A stretch of 64,000 bases of DNA. It comes from Eledone cirrhosa. Lineage: Eukaryota. The notes beneath the pieces are model-generated. The model had not been told where the DNA came from. It saw only the letters and a program-made list of their open reading frames with translations, and searched no databases. A program made the translations under genes and the position numbers. Where the stretch lies: assembly GCA_964016885.1 (NCBI GenBank), contig OZ024761.1:4092001-4156000 (forward strand), read 5' to 3'. Positions 37,615-53,700 of this stretch are shown here, one piece after another; the stretch's first letter is position 1, and the number at the start of each line of letters is the position of its first letter.

Positions 37615-37617
<3 letters not shown>
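36106..37617 (+). mobile_element. RTE family A second copy, 5'-truncated, frameshifted near 36945
   Basis: Nearly identical to 25258-26890; YADD present. Confidence 0.95.
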
Positions 37618-37656
<39 letters not shown>

Positions 37657-37878
37657 AAGTACATACATATATGTATACAGACGTACAGTAGTATGTATAT
37701 ATATATACATACATGCACACATATACATACACGTATTGGTTTACCGAACATTTATTATAATGTTCGGTTTGTTCGTTTGTAAACAAACAAACAGCCCGAA
37801 TTACGCCGTACAATGTTTAGGCAACCACGTCACCTTTTTGATCAACACTGACACAGGTAAACCGATACGTGCATGTAT

Positions 37879-38292
37879 ATCATCATCATCATCATCATCA
37901 CCGTTTTACGTCCGTTCTTCCACGCTAGCATGGGTTAGACGGGTTGTCCTGTTGTGGGCAGTGTCTGGTCGGCTGACCATGCCTTGCTCATACAGGAACT
38001 GATTCTGGCTTGATTTCTACAGCTGCATGCCCTTCCTAACACCAACCTCATTTACAGTGAGTGCTGGGTGCTTTTTTCGTGGCGCCTACACGTCCACTTT
38101 ACAGTGTGGGCTGGGTGCTTTTTTGCCGTGGCACCTCCACGACCACCTTGCGGTGGGGGGGGGGCATATTGTTTATATGCTTCAGCATGTACCCATGGGA
38201 GGTCGGGTACCCTGTATTACTGCGTGACGCCAGAAGTCACGGTCGTGTGTCACTGTATTACTGCGTGACGCCAGAAGTCACGGTCGTGTGTC
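37879..38292 (-). mobile_element. RTE family B 3' end
   Basis: Reverse complement of about 18070-18437, with a small terminal duplication. Confidence 0.9.
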
Positions 38293-38420
38293 ATATATGT
38301 GTATATATACATACTACTGTACGTGTGTATACATATATGTATGTACGTATACATACATACTTATATTTAAGTAAGTGCCGTACTAAGAGTGAGAAATGAA
38401 ATTTCGTTTCATTCTATTCC

Positions 38421-38459
<39 letters not shown>

Positions 38460-38525
38460 TAAAAAAATAATGAATAAAACAATGAAACAGTTCCTTATAT
38501 TAAACAAAAAAAATCGAAAAAAAAA

Positions 38526-38725
38526 NNNNNNNNNNNNNNNNNNNNNNNNNNNNNNNNNNNNNNNNNNNNNNNNNNNNNNNNNNNNNNNNNNNNNNNNNNN
38601 NNNNNNNNNNNNNNNNNNNNNNNNNNNNNNNNNNNNNNNNNNNNNNNNNNNNNNNNNNNNNNNNNNNNNNNNNNNNNNNNNNNNNNNNNNNNNNNNNNNN
38701 NNNNNNNNNNNNNNNNNNNNNNNNN
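38526..38725. other. Assembly gap (200 N)
   Basis: Run of N; the round length suggests a scaffolding join of unknown true size. Confidence 0.99.
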
Positions 38726-41700
38726 AGGTAGGGGACTACTACCTTTAACCCAGGTAGGGACTACTACCTTTAACCCAGGTAGGGACTACTATCTTTAACC
38801 CAGGTAGGGACTACTACCTTTAACCCAGGTAGGGACTACTACCTTTAACCCAGGTAGGGACTACTACCTTTAACCCAGGTAGGGACTACTATCTTTAACC
38901 CAGGTAGGGACTACTCTTTAACCCAGGTAGGGACTACTACCTTTAACCCAGGTAGGGACTACTATCTTTAACCCAGGTAGGGACTACTACCTTTAACCCA
39001 GGTAGGGACTACTACCTTTAACCCAGGTAGGGACTACTACCTTTAACCCAGGTAGGGACTACTACCTTTAACCCAGGTAGGGACTACTACCTTTAACCCA
39101 GGTAGGGACTACTACCTTTAACCCAGGTAGGGACTACTACCTTTAACCCAGGTAGGGACTACTACCTTTAACCCAGGTAGGGACTACTACCTTTAACCCA
39201 GGTAGGGACTACTACCTTTAACCCAGGTAGGGACTACTATCTTTAACCCAGGTAGGGACTACTACCTTTAACCCAGGTAGGGACTACTACCTTTAACCCA
39301 GGTAGGGACTACTACCTTTAACCCAGGTAGGGACTACTACCTTTAACCCAGGTAGGGACTACTACCTTTAACCCAGGTAGGGACTACTACTTTAACCCAG
39401 GTAGGGACTACTACCTTTAACCCAGGTAGGGACTACTACCTTTAACCCAGGTAGGGACTACTACCTTTAACCCAGGTAGGGACTACTACCTTTAACCCAG
39501 GTAGGGACTACTACCTTTAACCCAGGTAGGGACTACTACCTTTAACCCAGGTAGGGACTACTACCTTTAACCCAGGTAGGGACTACTACCTTTAACCCAG
39601 GTAGGGACTACTACCTTTAACCCAGGTAGGGACTACTACCTTTAACCCAGGTAGGGACTACTACCTTTAACCCAGGTAGGGACTACTACCTTTAACCCAG
39701 GTAGGGACTACTACCTTTAACCCAGGTAGGGACTACTACCTTTAACCCAGGTAGGGACTACTACCTTTAACCCAGGTAGGGACTACTACCTTTAACCCAG
39801 GTAGGGACTACTACCTTTAACCCAGGTAGGGACTACTACCTTTAACCCAGGTAGGGACTACTACCTTTAACCCAGGTAGGGACTACTACCTTTAACCCAG
39901 GTAGGGACTACTACCTTTAACCCAGGTAGGGACTACTACCTTTAACCCAGGTAGGGACTACTACCTTTAACCCAGGTAGGGACTACTACCTTTAACCCAG
40001 GTAGGGACTACTACCTTTAACCCAGGTAGGGACTACTACCTTTAACCCAGGTAGGGACTACTACCTTTAACCCAGGTAGGGACTACTACCTTTAACCCAG
40101 GTAGGGACTACTACCTTTAACCCAGGTAGGGACTACTACCTTTAACCCAGGTAGGGACTACTACCTTTAACCCAGGTAGGGACTACTACCTTTAACCCAG
40201 GTAGGGACTACTACCTTTAACCCAGGTAGGGACTACTACCTTTAACCCAGGTAGGGACTACTACCTTTAACCCAGGTAGGGACTACTACCTTTAACCCAG
40301 GTAGGGACTACTACCTTTAACCCAGGTAGGGACTACTACCTTTAACCCAGGTAGGGACTACTACCTTTAACCCAGGTAGGGACTACTACCTTTAACCCAG
40401 GTAGGGACTACTACCTTTAACCCAGGTAGGGACTACTACCTTTAACCCAGGTAGGGACTACTACCTTTAACCCAGGTAGGGACTACTACCTTTAACCCAG
40501 GTAGGGACTACCTTTAACCCAGGTAGGGACTACTACCTTTAACCCAGGTAGGGACTACTACCTTTAACCCAGGTAGGGACTACTACCTTTAACCCAGGTA
40601 GGGACTACTACCTTTAACCCAGGTAGGGACTACTACCTTTAACCCAGGTAGGGACTACTACCTTTAACCCAGGTAGGGACTACTACCTTTAACCCAGGTA
40701 GGGACTACTACCTTTAACCCAGGTAGGGACTACTACCTTTAACCCAGGTAGGGACTACTACCTTTAACCCAGGTAGGGACTACTACCTTTAACCCAGGTA
40801 GGGACTACTACCTTTAACCCAGGTAGGGACTACTACCTTTAACCCAGGTAGGGACTACTACCTTTAACCCAGGTAGGGACTACTACCTTTAACCCAGGTA
40901 GGGACTACTACCTTTAACCCAGGTAGGGACTACTACCTTTAACCCAGGTAGGGACTACTACCTTTAACCCAGGTAGGGACTACTACCTTTAACCCAGGTA
41001 GGGACTACTACCTTTAACCCAGGTAGGGACTACTACCTTTAACCCAGGTAGGGACTACTACCTTTAACCCAGGTAGGGACTACTACCTTTAACCCAGGTA
41101 GGGACTACTACCTTTAACCCAGGTAGGGACTACTACCTTTAACCCAGGTAGGGACTACTACCTTTAACCCAGGTAGGGACTACTACCTTTAACCCAGGTA
41201 GGGACTACTACCTTTAACCCAGGTAGGGACTACTACCTTTAACCCAGGTAGGGACTACTACCTTTAACCCAGGTAGGGACTACTACCTTTAACCCAGGTA
41301 GGGACTACTACCTTTAACCCAGGTAGGGACTACTACCTTTAACCCAGGTAGGGACTACTACCTTTAACCCAGGTAGGGACTACTACCTTTAACCCAGGTA
41401 GGGACTACTACCTTTAACCCAGGTAGGGACTACTCTTTAACCCAGGTAGGGACTACTACCTTTAACCCAGGTAGGGACTACTACCTTTAACCCAGGTAGG
41501 GACTACTACCTTTAACCCAGGTAGGGACTACTACCTTTAACCCAGGTAGGGACTACTACCTTTAACCCAGGTAGGGACTACTACCTTTAACCCAGGTAGG
41601 GACTACTACCTTTAACCCAGGTAGGGACTACTACCTTTAACCCAGGTAGGGACTACTACCTTTAACCCAGGTAGGGACTACTACCTTTAACCCAGGTAGG

Positions 41701-44700
41701 GACTACTACCTTTAACCCAGGTAGGGACTACTACCTTTAACCCAGGTAGGGACTACTACCTTTAACCCAGGTAGGGACTACTACCTTTAACCCAGGTAGG
41801 GACTACTACCTTTAACCCAGGTAGGGACTACTACCTTTAACCCAGGTAGGGACTACTACCTTTAACCCAGGTAGGGACTACTACCTTTAACCCAGGTAGG
41901 GACTACTACCTTTAACCCAGGTAGGGACTACTACCTTTAACCCAGGTAGGGACTACTACCTTTAACCCAGGTAGGGACTACTACCTTTAACCCAGGTAGG
42001 GACTACTACCTTTAACCCAGGTAGGGACTACTACCTTTAACCCAGGTAGGGACTACTACCTTTAACCCAGGTAGGGACTACTACCTTTAACCCAGGTAGG
42101 GACTACTACCTTTAACCCAGGTAGGGACTACTACCTTTAACCCAGGTAGGGACTACTACCTTTAACCCAGGTAGGGACTACTACCTTTAACCCAGGTAGG
42201 GACTACTACCTTTAACCCAGGTAGGGACTACTACCTTTAACCCAGGTAGGGACTACTACCTTTAACCCAGGTAGGGACTACTACCTTTAACCCAGGTAGG
42301 GACTACTACCTTTAACCCAGGTAGGGACTACTATCTTTAACCCAGGTAGGGACTACTACCTTTAACCCAGGTAGGGACTACTACCTTTAACCCAGGTAGG
42401 GACTACTACCTTTAACCCAGGTAGGGACTACTACCTTTAACCCAGGTAGGGACTACTACCTTTAACCCAGGTAGGGACTACTACCTTTAACCCAGGTAGG
42501 GACTACTACCTTTAACCCAGGTAGGGACTACTACCTTTAACCCAGGTAGGGACTACTACCTTTAACCCAGGTAGGGACTACTACCTTTAACCCAGGTAGG
42601 GACTACTCTTTAACCCAGGTAGGGACTACTACCTTTAACCCAGGTAGGGACTACTACCTTTAACCCAGGTAGGGACTACTACCTTTAACCCAGGTAGGGA
42701 CTACTACCTTTAACCCAGGTAGGGACTACTACCTTTAACCCAGGTAGGGACTACTACCTTTAACCCAGGTAGGGACTACTACCTTTAACCCAGGTAGGGA
42801 CTACTACCTTTAACCCAGGTAGGGACTACTACCTTTAACCCAGGTAGGGACTACTACCTTTAACCCAGGTAGGGACTACTACCTTTAACCCAGGTAGGGA
42901 CTACTACTTTAACCCAGGTAGGGACTACTACCTTTAACCCAGGTAGGGACTACTACCTTTAACCCAGGTAGGGACTACTACCTTTAACCCAGGTAGGGAC
43001 TACTACCTTTAACCCAGGTAGGGACTACTACCTTTAACCCAGGTAGGGACTACTACCTTTAACCCAGGTAGGGACTACTACCTTTAACCCAGGTAGGGAC
43101 TACTACCTTTAACCCAGGTAGGGACTACTACCTTTAACCCAGGTAGGGACTACTACTCTTTAACCCAGGTAGGGACTACTACCTTTAACCCAGGTAGGGA
43201 CTACTACCTTTAACCCAGGTAGGGACTACTACCTTTAACCCAGGTAGGGACTACTACCTTTAACCCAGGTAGGGACTACTACCTTTAACCCAGGTAGGGA
43301 CTACTACCTTTAACCCAGGTAGGGACTACTACCTTTAACCCAGGTAGGGACTACTACCTTTAACCCAGGTAGGGACTACTACCTTTAACCCAGGTAGGGA
43401 CTACTACCTTTAACCCAGGTAGGGACTACTACCTTTAACCCAGGTAGGGACTACTACCTTTAACCCAGGTAGGGACTACTACCTTTAACCCAGGTAGGGA
43501 CTACTACCTTTAACCCAGGTAGGGACTACTACCTTTAACCCAGGTAGGGACTACTACCTTTAACCCAGGTAGGGACTACTACCTTTAACCCAGGTAGGGA
43601 CTACTACCTTTAACCCAGGTAGGGACTACTACCTTTAACCCAGGTAGGGACTACTACCTTTAACCCAGGTAGGGACTACTACCTTTAACCCAGGTAGGGA
43701 CTACTACCTTTAACCCAGGTAGGGACTACTACCTTTAACCCAGGTAGGGACTACTACCTTTAACCCAGGTAGGGACTACTACCTTTAACCCAGGTAGGGA
43801 CTACTACCTTTAACCCAGGTAGGGACTACTACCTTTAACCCAGGTAGGGACTACTACCTTTAACCCAGGTAGGGACTACTACCTTTAACCCAGGTAGGGA
43901 CTACTACCTTTAACCCAGGTAGGGACTACTACCTTTAACCCAGGTAGGGACTACTACCTTTAACCCAGGTAGGGACTACTCTTTAACCCAGGTAGGGACT
44001 ACTACCTTTAACCCAGGTAGGGACTACTACCTTTAACCCAGGTAGGGACTACTACCTTTAACCCAGGTAGGGACTACTACCTTTAACCCAGGTAGGGACT
44101 ACTACCTTTAACCCAGGTAGGGACTACTACCTTTAACCCAGGTAGGGACTACTACCTTTAACCCAGGTAGGGACTACTACCTTTAACCCAGGTAGGGACT
44201 ACTACCTTTAACCCAGGTAGGGACTACTACCTTTAACCCAGGTAGGGACTACTACCTTTAACCCAGGTAGGGACTACTACCTTTAACCCAGGTAGGGACT
44301 ACTACCTTTAACCCAGGTAGGGACTACTACCTTTAACCCAGGTAGGGACTACTACCTTTAACCCAGGTAGGGACTACTACCTTTAACCCAGGTAGGGACT
44401 ACTACCTTTAACCCAGGTAGGGACTACTACCTTTAACCCAGGTAGGGACTACTACCTTTAACCCAGGTAGGGACTACTACCTTTAACCCAGGTAGGGACT
44501 ACTACCTTTAACCCAGGTAGGGACTACTACCTTTAACCCAGGTAGGGACTACTACCTTTAACCCAGGTAGGGACTACTACCTTTAACCCAGGTAGGGACT
44601 ACTACCTTTAACCCAGGTAGGGACTACTACCTTTAACCCAGGTAGGGACTACTACCTTTAACCCAGGTAGGGACTACCTTTAACCCAGGTAGGGACTACT

Positions 44701-47700
44701 ACCTTTAACCCAGGTAGGGACTATCTTTAACCCAGGTAGGGACTACTACCTTTAACCCAGGTAGGGACTACTACCTTTAACCCAGGTAGGGACTACTACC
44801 TTTAACCCAGGTAGGGACTACTACCTTTAACCCAGGTAGGGACTACTACCTTTAACCCAGGTAGGGACTACTCTTTAACCCAGGTAGGGACTACTATCTT
44901 TAACCCAGGTAGGGACTACTACCTTTAACCCAGGTAGGGACTACTACCTTTAACCCAGGTAGGGACTACTACCTTTAACCCAGGTAGGGACTACTACCTT
45001 TAACCCAGGTAGGGACTACTACCTTTAACCCAGGTAGGGACTACTACCTTTAACCCAGGTAGGGACTACTACCTTTAACCCAGGTAGTGACTACTACCTT
45101 TAACCCAGGTAGGGACTACTACCTTTAACCCAGGTAGGGACTACTACCTTTAACCCAGGTAGGGACTACTACCTTTAACCCAGGTAGGGACTACTACCTT
45201 TAACCCAGGTAGGGACTACTCCTTTAACCCAGGTAGGGACTACTATCTTTAACCCAGGTAGGGACTACTACCTTTAACCCAGGTAGGGACTACTACCTTT
45301 AACCCAGGTAGGGACTACTACCTTTAACCCAGGTAGGGACTACTACCTTTAACCCAGGTAGGGACTACTACCTTTAACCCAGGTAGGGACTACTACCTTT
45401 AACCCAGGTAGGGACTACTACCTTTAACCCAGGTAGGGACTACTACCTTTAACCCAGGTAGGGACTACTACCTTTAACCCAGGTAGGGACTACCTTTAAC
45501 CCAGGTAGGGACTTCTACCTTTAACCCAGGTAGGGACTACTACCTTTAACCCAGGTAGGGACTACTATCTTTAACCCAGGTAGGGACTACTATCTTTAAC
45601 CCAGGTAGGGACTACTACCTTTAACCCAGGTAGGGACTACTACCTTTAACCCAGGTAGGGACTACTACTTTTAACCCAGGTAGGGACTATCTTTAACCCA
45701 GGTAGGGACTACTACCTTTAACCCAGGTAGGGACTACTACCTTTAACCCAGGTAGGGACTATCTTTAACCCAGGTAGGGACTACTATCTTTAACCCAGGT
45801 AGGGACTACTACCTTTAACCCAGGTAGGGACTACTACCTTTAACCCAGGTAGGGACTACTACCTTTAACCCAGGTAGGGACTATCTTTAACCCAGGTAGG
45901 GACTACTACCTTTTACCCAGGTAGGGACTACTACCTTTAACCCAGGTAGGGACTATCTTTAACCCAGGTAGGGACTACTATCTTTAACCCAGGTAGGGAC
46001 TACTACCTTTAACCCAGGTAGGGACTACTACCTTTAACCCAGGTAGGGACTACTACCTTTAACCCAGGTAGGGACTATCTTTAACCCAGGTAGGGACTAC
46101 TACCTTTAACCCAGGTAGGGACTACTACCTTTAACCCAGGTAGGGACTACTATCTTTAACCCAGGTAGGGACTACTACCTTTAACCCAGGTAGGGACTAT
46201 CTTTAACCCAGGTAGGGACTACTACCTTTAACCCAGGTAGGGACTACTATCTTTAACCCAGGTAAGGACTACTACCTTTAACCCAGGTAGGGACTACTAT
46301 CTTTAACCCAGGTAGGGACTACTATCTTTAACCCAGGTAGGGACTACTATCTTTAACCCAGGTAGGGACTACTACCTTTAACCCAGGTAGGGACTACTAC
46401 CTTTAACCCAGGTAGGGACTACTATCTTTAACCCAGGTAGGGACTACTACCTTTAACCCAGGTAGGGACTACTATCTTTAACCCAGGTAGGGACTACTAC
46501 CTTTAACCCAGGTAGGGACTACTATCTTTAACCCAGGTAGGGACTACTATCTTTAACCCAGGTAGGGACTACTACCTTTAACCCAGGTAGGGACTACTAT
46601 CTTTAACCCAGGTAGGGACTACTATCTTTAACCCAGGTAGAGACTACTACCTTTAACCCAGGTAGGGACTACTACCTTTAACCCAGGTAGGGACTATCTT
46701 TAACCCAGGTAGGGACTACTACCTTTAACCCAGGTAGGGACTACTATCTTTAACCCAGGTAGGGACTACCTTTAACCCAGGTAGGGACTACTATCTTTAA
46801 CCCAGGTAGGGACTACTATCTTTAACCCAGGTAGGGACTACCTTTAACCCAGGTAGGGACTACTATCTTTAACCCAGGTAGGGACTATCTTTAACCCAGG
46901 TAGGGACTACTACCTTTAACCCAGGTAGGGACTACTATCTTTAACCCAGGTAAGGACTACTACCTTTAACCCAGGTAGGGACTACTATCTTTAACCCAGG
47001 TAGGGACTACTATCTTTAACCCAGGTAGGGACTACTATCTTTAACCCAGGTAGGGACTACTACTTTAACCCAGGTAGAGACTACTACCTTTAACCCAGGT
47101 AGGGACTACTACCTTTAACCCAGGTAGTGACTATCTTTAACCCAGGTAGGGACTACTACCTTTAACCCAGGTAGGGACTACTACCTTTAACCCAGGTAGG
47201 GACTACTATCTTTAACCCAGGTAGGGACTACTACCTTTAACCCAGGTAGGGACTACTACCTTTAACCCAGGTAGGGACTACTACCTTTAACCCAGGTAGG
47301 GACTACTATCTTTAACCCAGGTAGGGACTACTATCTTTAACCCAGGTAGGGACTACCTTTAACCCAGGTAGGGACTACTATCTTTAACCCAGGTAGGGAC
47401 TACTACCTTTAACCCAGGTAGGGGACTACTACCTTTAACCCAGGTAGGGACTACTACCTTTAACCCAGGTAGGGACTACTATCTTTAACCCAGGTAGGGA
47501 CTACTACCTTTAACCCAGGTAGGGACTACCTTTAACCCAGGTAGGGACTACTACCTTTAACCCAGGTAGGGACTACTACCTTTAACCCAGGTAGGGACTA
47601 CCTTTAACCCAGGTAGGGACTACCTTTAACCCAGGTAGGGACTACTACCTTTAACCCAGGTAGGGACTACTACCTTTAACCCAGGTAGGGACTACTACCT

Positions 47701-50700
47701 TTAACCCAGGTAGGGACTACTATCTTTAACCCAGGTAGGGACTACTACCTTTAACCCAGGTAGGGACTACTACCTTTAACCCAGGTAGGGACTACTATCT
47801 TTAACCCAGGTAGGGACTACTATCTTTAACCCAGGTAGGGACTACTACCTTTAACCCAGGTAGGGACTACTACCTTTAACCCAGGTAGGGACTACTATCT
47901 TTAACCCAGGTAGGGACTACTACCTTTAACCCAGGTAGGGACTACTACCTTTAACCCAGGTAGGGACTACTACCTTTAACCCAGGTAGGGACTACTATCT
48001 TTAACCCAGGTAGGGACTACTATCTTTAACCCAGGTAGGGACTACTATCTTTAACCCAGGTAGGGACTACTACCTTTAACCCAGGTAGGGACTACTACCT
48101 TTAACCCAGGTAGGGACTACTACCTTTAACCCAGGTAGGGACTACCTTTAACCCAGGTAGGGACTACTACCTTTAACCCAGGTAGGGACTACTATCTTTA
48201 ACCCAGGTAGGGACTACTATCTTTAACCCAGGTAGGGACTACCCTTTAACCCAGGTAGGGACTACTACCTTTAACCCAGGTAGGGACTACTACCTTTAAC
48301 CCAGGTAGGGACTACTACCTTTAACCCAGGTAGGGACTACTATCTTTAACCCAGGTAGGGACTACTACCTTTAACCCAGGTAGGGACTACTACCTTTAAC
48401 CCAGGTAGGGACTACTACCTTTAACCCAGGTAGGGACTACTACCTTTAACCCAGGTAGAGACTACTACCTTTAACCCAGGTAGGGACTACTACCTTTAAC
48501 CCAGGTAGGGACTACTATCTTTAACCCAGGTAGGGACTACTATCTTTAACCCAGGTAGGGACTACTACCTTTAACCCAGGTAGGGACTACTACCTTTAAC
48601 CCAGGTAGGGACTACTATCTTTAACCCAGGTAGGGACTACTACCTTTAACCCAGGTAGGGACTACTATCTTTAACCCAGGTAGGGACTACTATCTTTAAC
48701 CCAGGTAGGGACTACTATCTTTAACCCTGGTAGGGACTACTACCTTTCACCCAGGTAGGGACTACTACCTTTAACCCAGGTAGGGACTACTACCTTTAAC
48801 CCAGGTAGGGACTACTACCTTTAACCCAGGTAGGGACTACTACCTTTAACCCAGGTAGGGACTACTACCTTTAACCCAGGTAGGGACTACTACCTTTAAC
48901 CCAGGTAGGGACTACTACCTTTAACCCAGGTAGAGACTACTACCTTTAACCCAGGTAGGGACTACTACCTTTAACCCAGGTAGGGACTACTACCTTTAAC
49001 CCAGGTAGGGACTACTACCTTTAACCCAGGTAGGGACTACTATCTTTAACCCAGGTAGGGACTACTACCTTTAACCCAGGTAGGGACTACCTTTAACCCA
49101 GGTAGGGACTACTACCTTTAACCCAGGTAGGGACTACTACCTTTAACCCAGGTAGGGACTACTACCTTTAACCCAGGTAGGGACTACTACCTTTAACCCA
49201 GGTAGGGACTACTACCTTTAACCCAGGTAGGGACTACTACCTTTAACCCAGGTAGAGACTACTACCTTTAACCCAGGTAGGGACTACTACCTTTAACCCA
49301 GGTAGGGACTACTACCTTTAACCCAGGTAGGGACTACTACCTTTAACCCAGGTAGGGACTACTATCTTTAACCCAGGTAGGGACTACTACCTTTAACCCA
49401 GGTAGGGACTACTACCTTTAACCCAGGTAGGGACTACTACCTTTAACCCAGGTAGGGACTACTACCTTTAACCCAGGTAGGGACTACCTTTAACCCAGGT
49501 AGGGACTACCTTTAACCCAGGTAGGGACTACCTTTAACCCAGGTAGGGACTACTACCTTTAACCCAGGTAGGGACTACTACCTTTAACCCAGGTAGGGAC
49601 TACTACCTTTAACCCAGGTAGGGACTACTACCTTTAACCCAGGTAGGGACTACTACCTTTAACCCAGGTAGGGACTACTACCTTTAACCCAGGTAGGGAC
49701 TACCTTTAACCCAGGTAGGGACTACCTTTAACCCAGGTAGGGACTACTACCTTTAACCCAGGTAGAGACTACTACCTTTAACCCAGGTAGGGACTACTAC
49801 CTTTAACCCAGGTAGGGACTACTATCTTTAACCCAGGTAGGGACTACTACCTTTAACCCAGGTAGGGACTACTACCTTTAACCCAGGTAGGGACTACTAC
49901 CTTTAACCCAGGTAGGGACTACTACCTTTAACCCAGGTAGGGACTACTACCTTTAACCCAGGTAGGGACTACTACCTTTAACCCAGGTAGGGACTACTAC
50001 CTTTAACCCAGGTAGGGACTACTACCTTTAACCCAGGTAGGGACTACTACCTTTAACCCAGGTAGGGACTACTATCTTTAACCCAGGTAGGGACTACTAC
50101 CTTTAACCCAGGTAGGGACTACTACCTTTAACCCAGGTAGGGACTACTACCTTTAACCCAGGTAGGGACTACTACCTTTAACCCAGGTAGGGACTACCTT
50201 TAACCCAGGTAGGGACTACCTTTAACCCAGGTAGGGACTACCTTTAACCCAGGTAGGGACTACTACCTTTAACCCAGGTAGGGACTACTACCTTTAACCC
50301 AGGTAGGGACTACTACCTTTAACCCAGGTAGGGACTACTACCTTTAACCCAGGTAGGGACTACTACCTTTAACCCAGGTAGGGACTACTACCTTTAACCC
50401 AGGTAGGGACTACCTTTAACCCAGGTAGGGACTACCTTTAACCCAGGTAGGGACTACTACCTTTAACCCAGGTAGAGACTACTACCTTTAACCCAGGTAG
50501 GGACTACTACCTTTAACCCAGGTAGGGACTACTATCTTTAACCCAGGTAGGGACTACTACCTTTAACCCAGGTAGGGACTACTACCTTTAACCCAGGTAG
50601 GGACTACTACCTTTAACCCAGGTAGGGACTACTACCTTTAACCCAGGTAGGGACTACTATCTTTAACCCAGGTAGGGACTACTACCTTTAACCCAGGTAG

Positions 50701-53700
50701 GGACTACCTTTAACCCAGGTAGGGACTACTACCTTTAACCCAGGTAGAGACTACTACCTTTAACCCAGGTAGGGACTACTACCTTTAACCCAGGTAGGGA
50801 CTACTACCTTTAACCCAGGTAGAGACTACTACCTTTAACCCAGGTAGGGACTACTACCTTTAACCCAGGTAGGGACTACTATCTTTAACCCAGGTAGGGA
50901 CTACTACCTTTAACCCAGGTAGGGACTACTACCTTTAACCCAGGTAGGGACTACTACCTTTAACCCAGGTAGGGACTACTACCTTTAACCCAGGTAGGGA
51001 CTACTATCTTTAACCCAGGTAGAGACTACTACCTTTAACCCAGGTAGGGACTACTACCTTTAACCCAGGTAGGGACTACTACCTTTAACCCAGGTAGGGA
51101 CTACTACCTTTAACCCAGGTAGGGACTACTATCTTTAACCCAGGTAGGGACTACTACCTTTAACCCAGGTAGGGACTACTACCTTTAACCCAGGTAGGGA
51201 CTACTATCTTTAACCCAGGTAGGGACTACTACCTTTAACCCAGGTAGAGACTACTACCTTTAACCCAGGTAGGGACTACTACCTTTAACCCAGGTAGGGA
51301 CTACTATCTTTAACCCAGGTAGGGACTACTACCTTTAACCCAGGTAGGGACTACTACCTTTAACCCAGGTAGGGACTACTACCTTTAACCCAGGTAGGGA
51401 CTACTACCTTTAACCCAGGTAGGGACTACTACCTTTAACCCAGGTAGAGACTACTACCTTTAACCCAGGTAGGGACTACTACCTTTAACCCAGGTAGGGA
51501 CTACTATCTTTAACCCAGGTAGGGACTACTACCTTTAACCCAGGTAGGGACTACTACCTTTAACCCAGGTAGGGACTACTACCTTTAACCCAGGTAGGGA
51601 CTACTACCTTTAACCCAGGTAGGGACTACTATCTTTAACCCAGGTAGGGACTACTACCTTTAACCCAGGTAGGGACTACTACCTTTAACCCAGGTAGGGA
51701 CTACTACCTTTAACCCAGGTAGAGACTACTACCTTTAACCCAGGTAGGGACTACTACCTTTAACCCAGGTAGGGACTACTACCTTTAACCCAGGTAGGGA
51801 CTACTACCTTTAACCCAGGTAGGGACTACTACCTTTAACCCAGGTAGGGACTACTACCTTTAACCCAGGTAGGGACTACTATCTTTAACCCAGGTAGGGA
51901 CTACCTTTAACCCAGGTAGGGACTACTACCTTTAACCCAGGTAGGGACTACTACCTTTAACCCAGGTAGGGACTACTACCTTTAACCCAGGTAGGGACTA
52001 CTACCTTTAACCCAGGTAGGGACTACTACCTTTAACCCAGGTAGGGACTATCTTTAACCCAGGTAGGGACTACTACCTTTAACCCAGGTAGGGACTACTA
52101 TCTTTAACCCAGGTAGGGACTATCTTTAACCCAGGTAGGGACTACTACCTTTAACCCAGGTAGGGACTACTACCTTTAACCCAGGTAGGGACTACTACCT
52201 TTAACCCAGGTAGGGACTATCTTTAACCCAGGTAGGGACTACTACCTTTAACCCAGGTAGGGACTACTATCTTTAACCCAGGTAGGGACTACTACCTTTA
52301 ACCCAGGTAGGGACTACTACCTTTAACCCAGGTAGGGACTACCTTTAACCCAGGTAGGGACTACTACCTTTAACCCAGGTAGGGACTACTACCTTTAACC
52401 CAGGTAGGGACTACCTTTAACCCAGGTAGGGACTACCTTTAACCCAGGTAGGGACTACTACCTTTAACCCAGGTAGGGACTACTACCTTTAACCCAGGTA
52501 GGGACTACTACCTTTAACCCAGGTAGGGACTACTACCTTTAACCCAGGTAGGGACTACTACCTTTAACCCAGGTAGGGACTACTATCTTTAACCCAGGTA
52601 GGGACTACTACCTTTAACCCAGGTAGGGACTACTATCTTTAACCCAGGTAGGGACTACTACCTTTAACCCAGGTAGGGACTACTACCTTTAACCCAGGTA
52701 GGGACTATCTTTAACCCAGGTAGGGACTACTATCTTTAACCCAGGTAGGGACTACTATCTTTAACCCAGGTAGGGAATACTACCTTTAACCCAGGTAGGG
52801 ACTACTACCTTTAACCCAGGTAGGGACTATCTTTAACCCAGGTAGGGACTACTACCTTTAACCCAGGTAGGGACTACTACCTTTAACCCAGGTAGGGACT
52901 ACTATCTTTAACCCAGGTAGGGACTACTACCTTTAACCCAGGTAGGGACTACTATCTTTAACCCAGGTAGGGACTACTACCTTTAACCCAGGTAGGGACT
53001 ACTACCTTTAACCCAGGTAGGGACTATCTTTAACCCAGGTAGGGACTACTATCTTTAACCCAGGTAGGGACTACTATCTTTAACCCAGGTAGGGACTACT
53101 ACCTTTAACCCAGGTAGGGACTACTACCTTTAACCCAGGTAGGGACTATCTTTAACCCAGGTAGGGACTACTACCTTTAACCCAGGTAGGGACTACTATC
53201 TTTAACCCAGGTAGGGACTACTACCTTTAACCCAGGTAGGGACTACTACCTTTAACCCAGGTAGGGACTACTACCTTTAACCCAGGTAGGGACTACTATC
53301 TTTAACCCAGGTAGGGACTACTACCTTTAACCCAGGTAGGGACTACTATCTTTAACCCAGGTAGGGACTACTACCTTTAACCCAGGTAGGGACTACTATC
53401 TTTAACCCAGGTAGGGACTACTACCTTTAACCCAGGTGGGGACTACCTTTAACCCAGGTAGGGACTTCTACCTTTAACCCAGGTAGGGACTACTACCTTT
53501 AACCCAGGTAGGGACTACTACCTTTAACCCAGGTAGGGACTACTACCTTTAACCCAGGTAGGGACTACTACCTTTAACCCAGGTAGGGACTACTACCTTT
53601 AACCCAGGTAGGGACTACTACCTTTAACCCAGGTAGGGACTATCTTTAACCCAGGTAGGGACTACTACCTTTAACCCAGGTAGGGACTACTACCTTTAAC

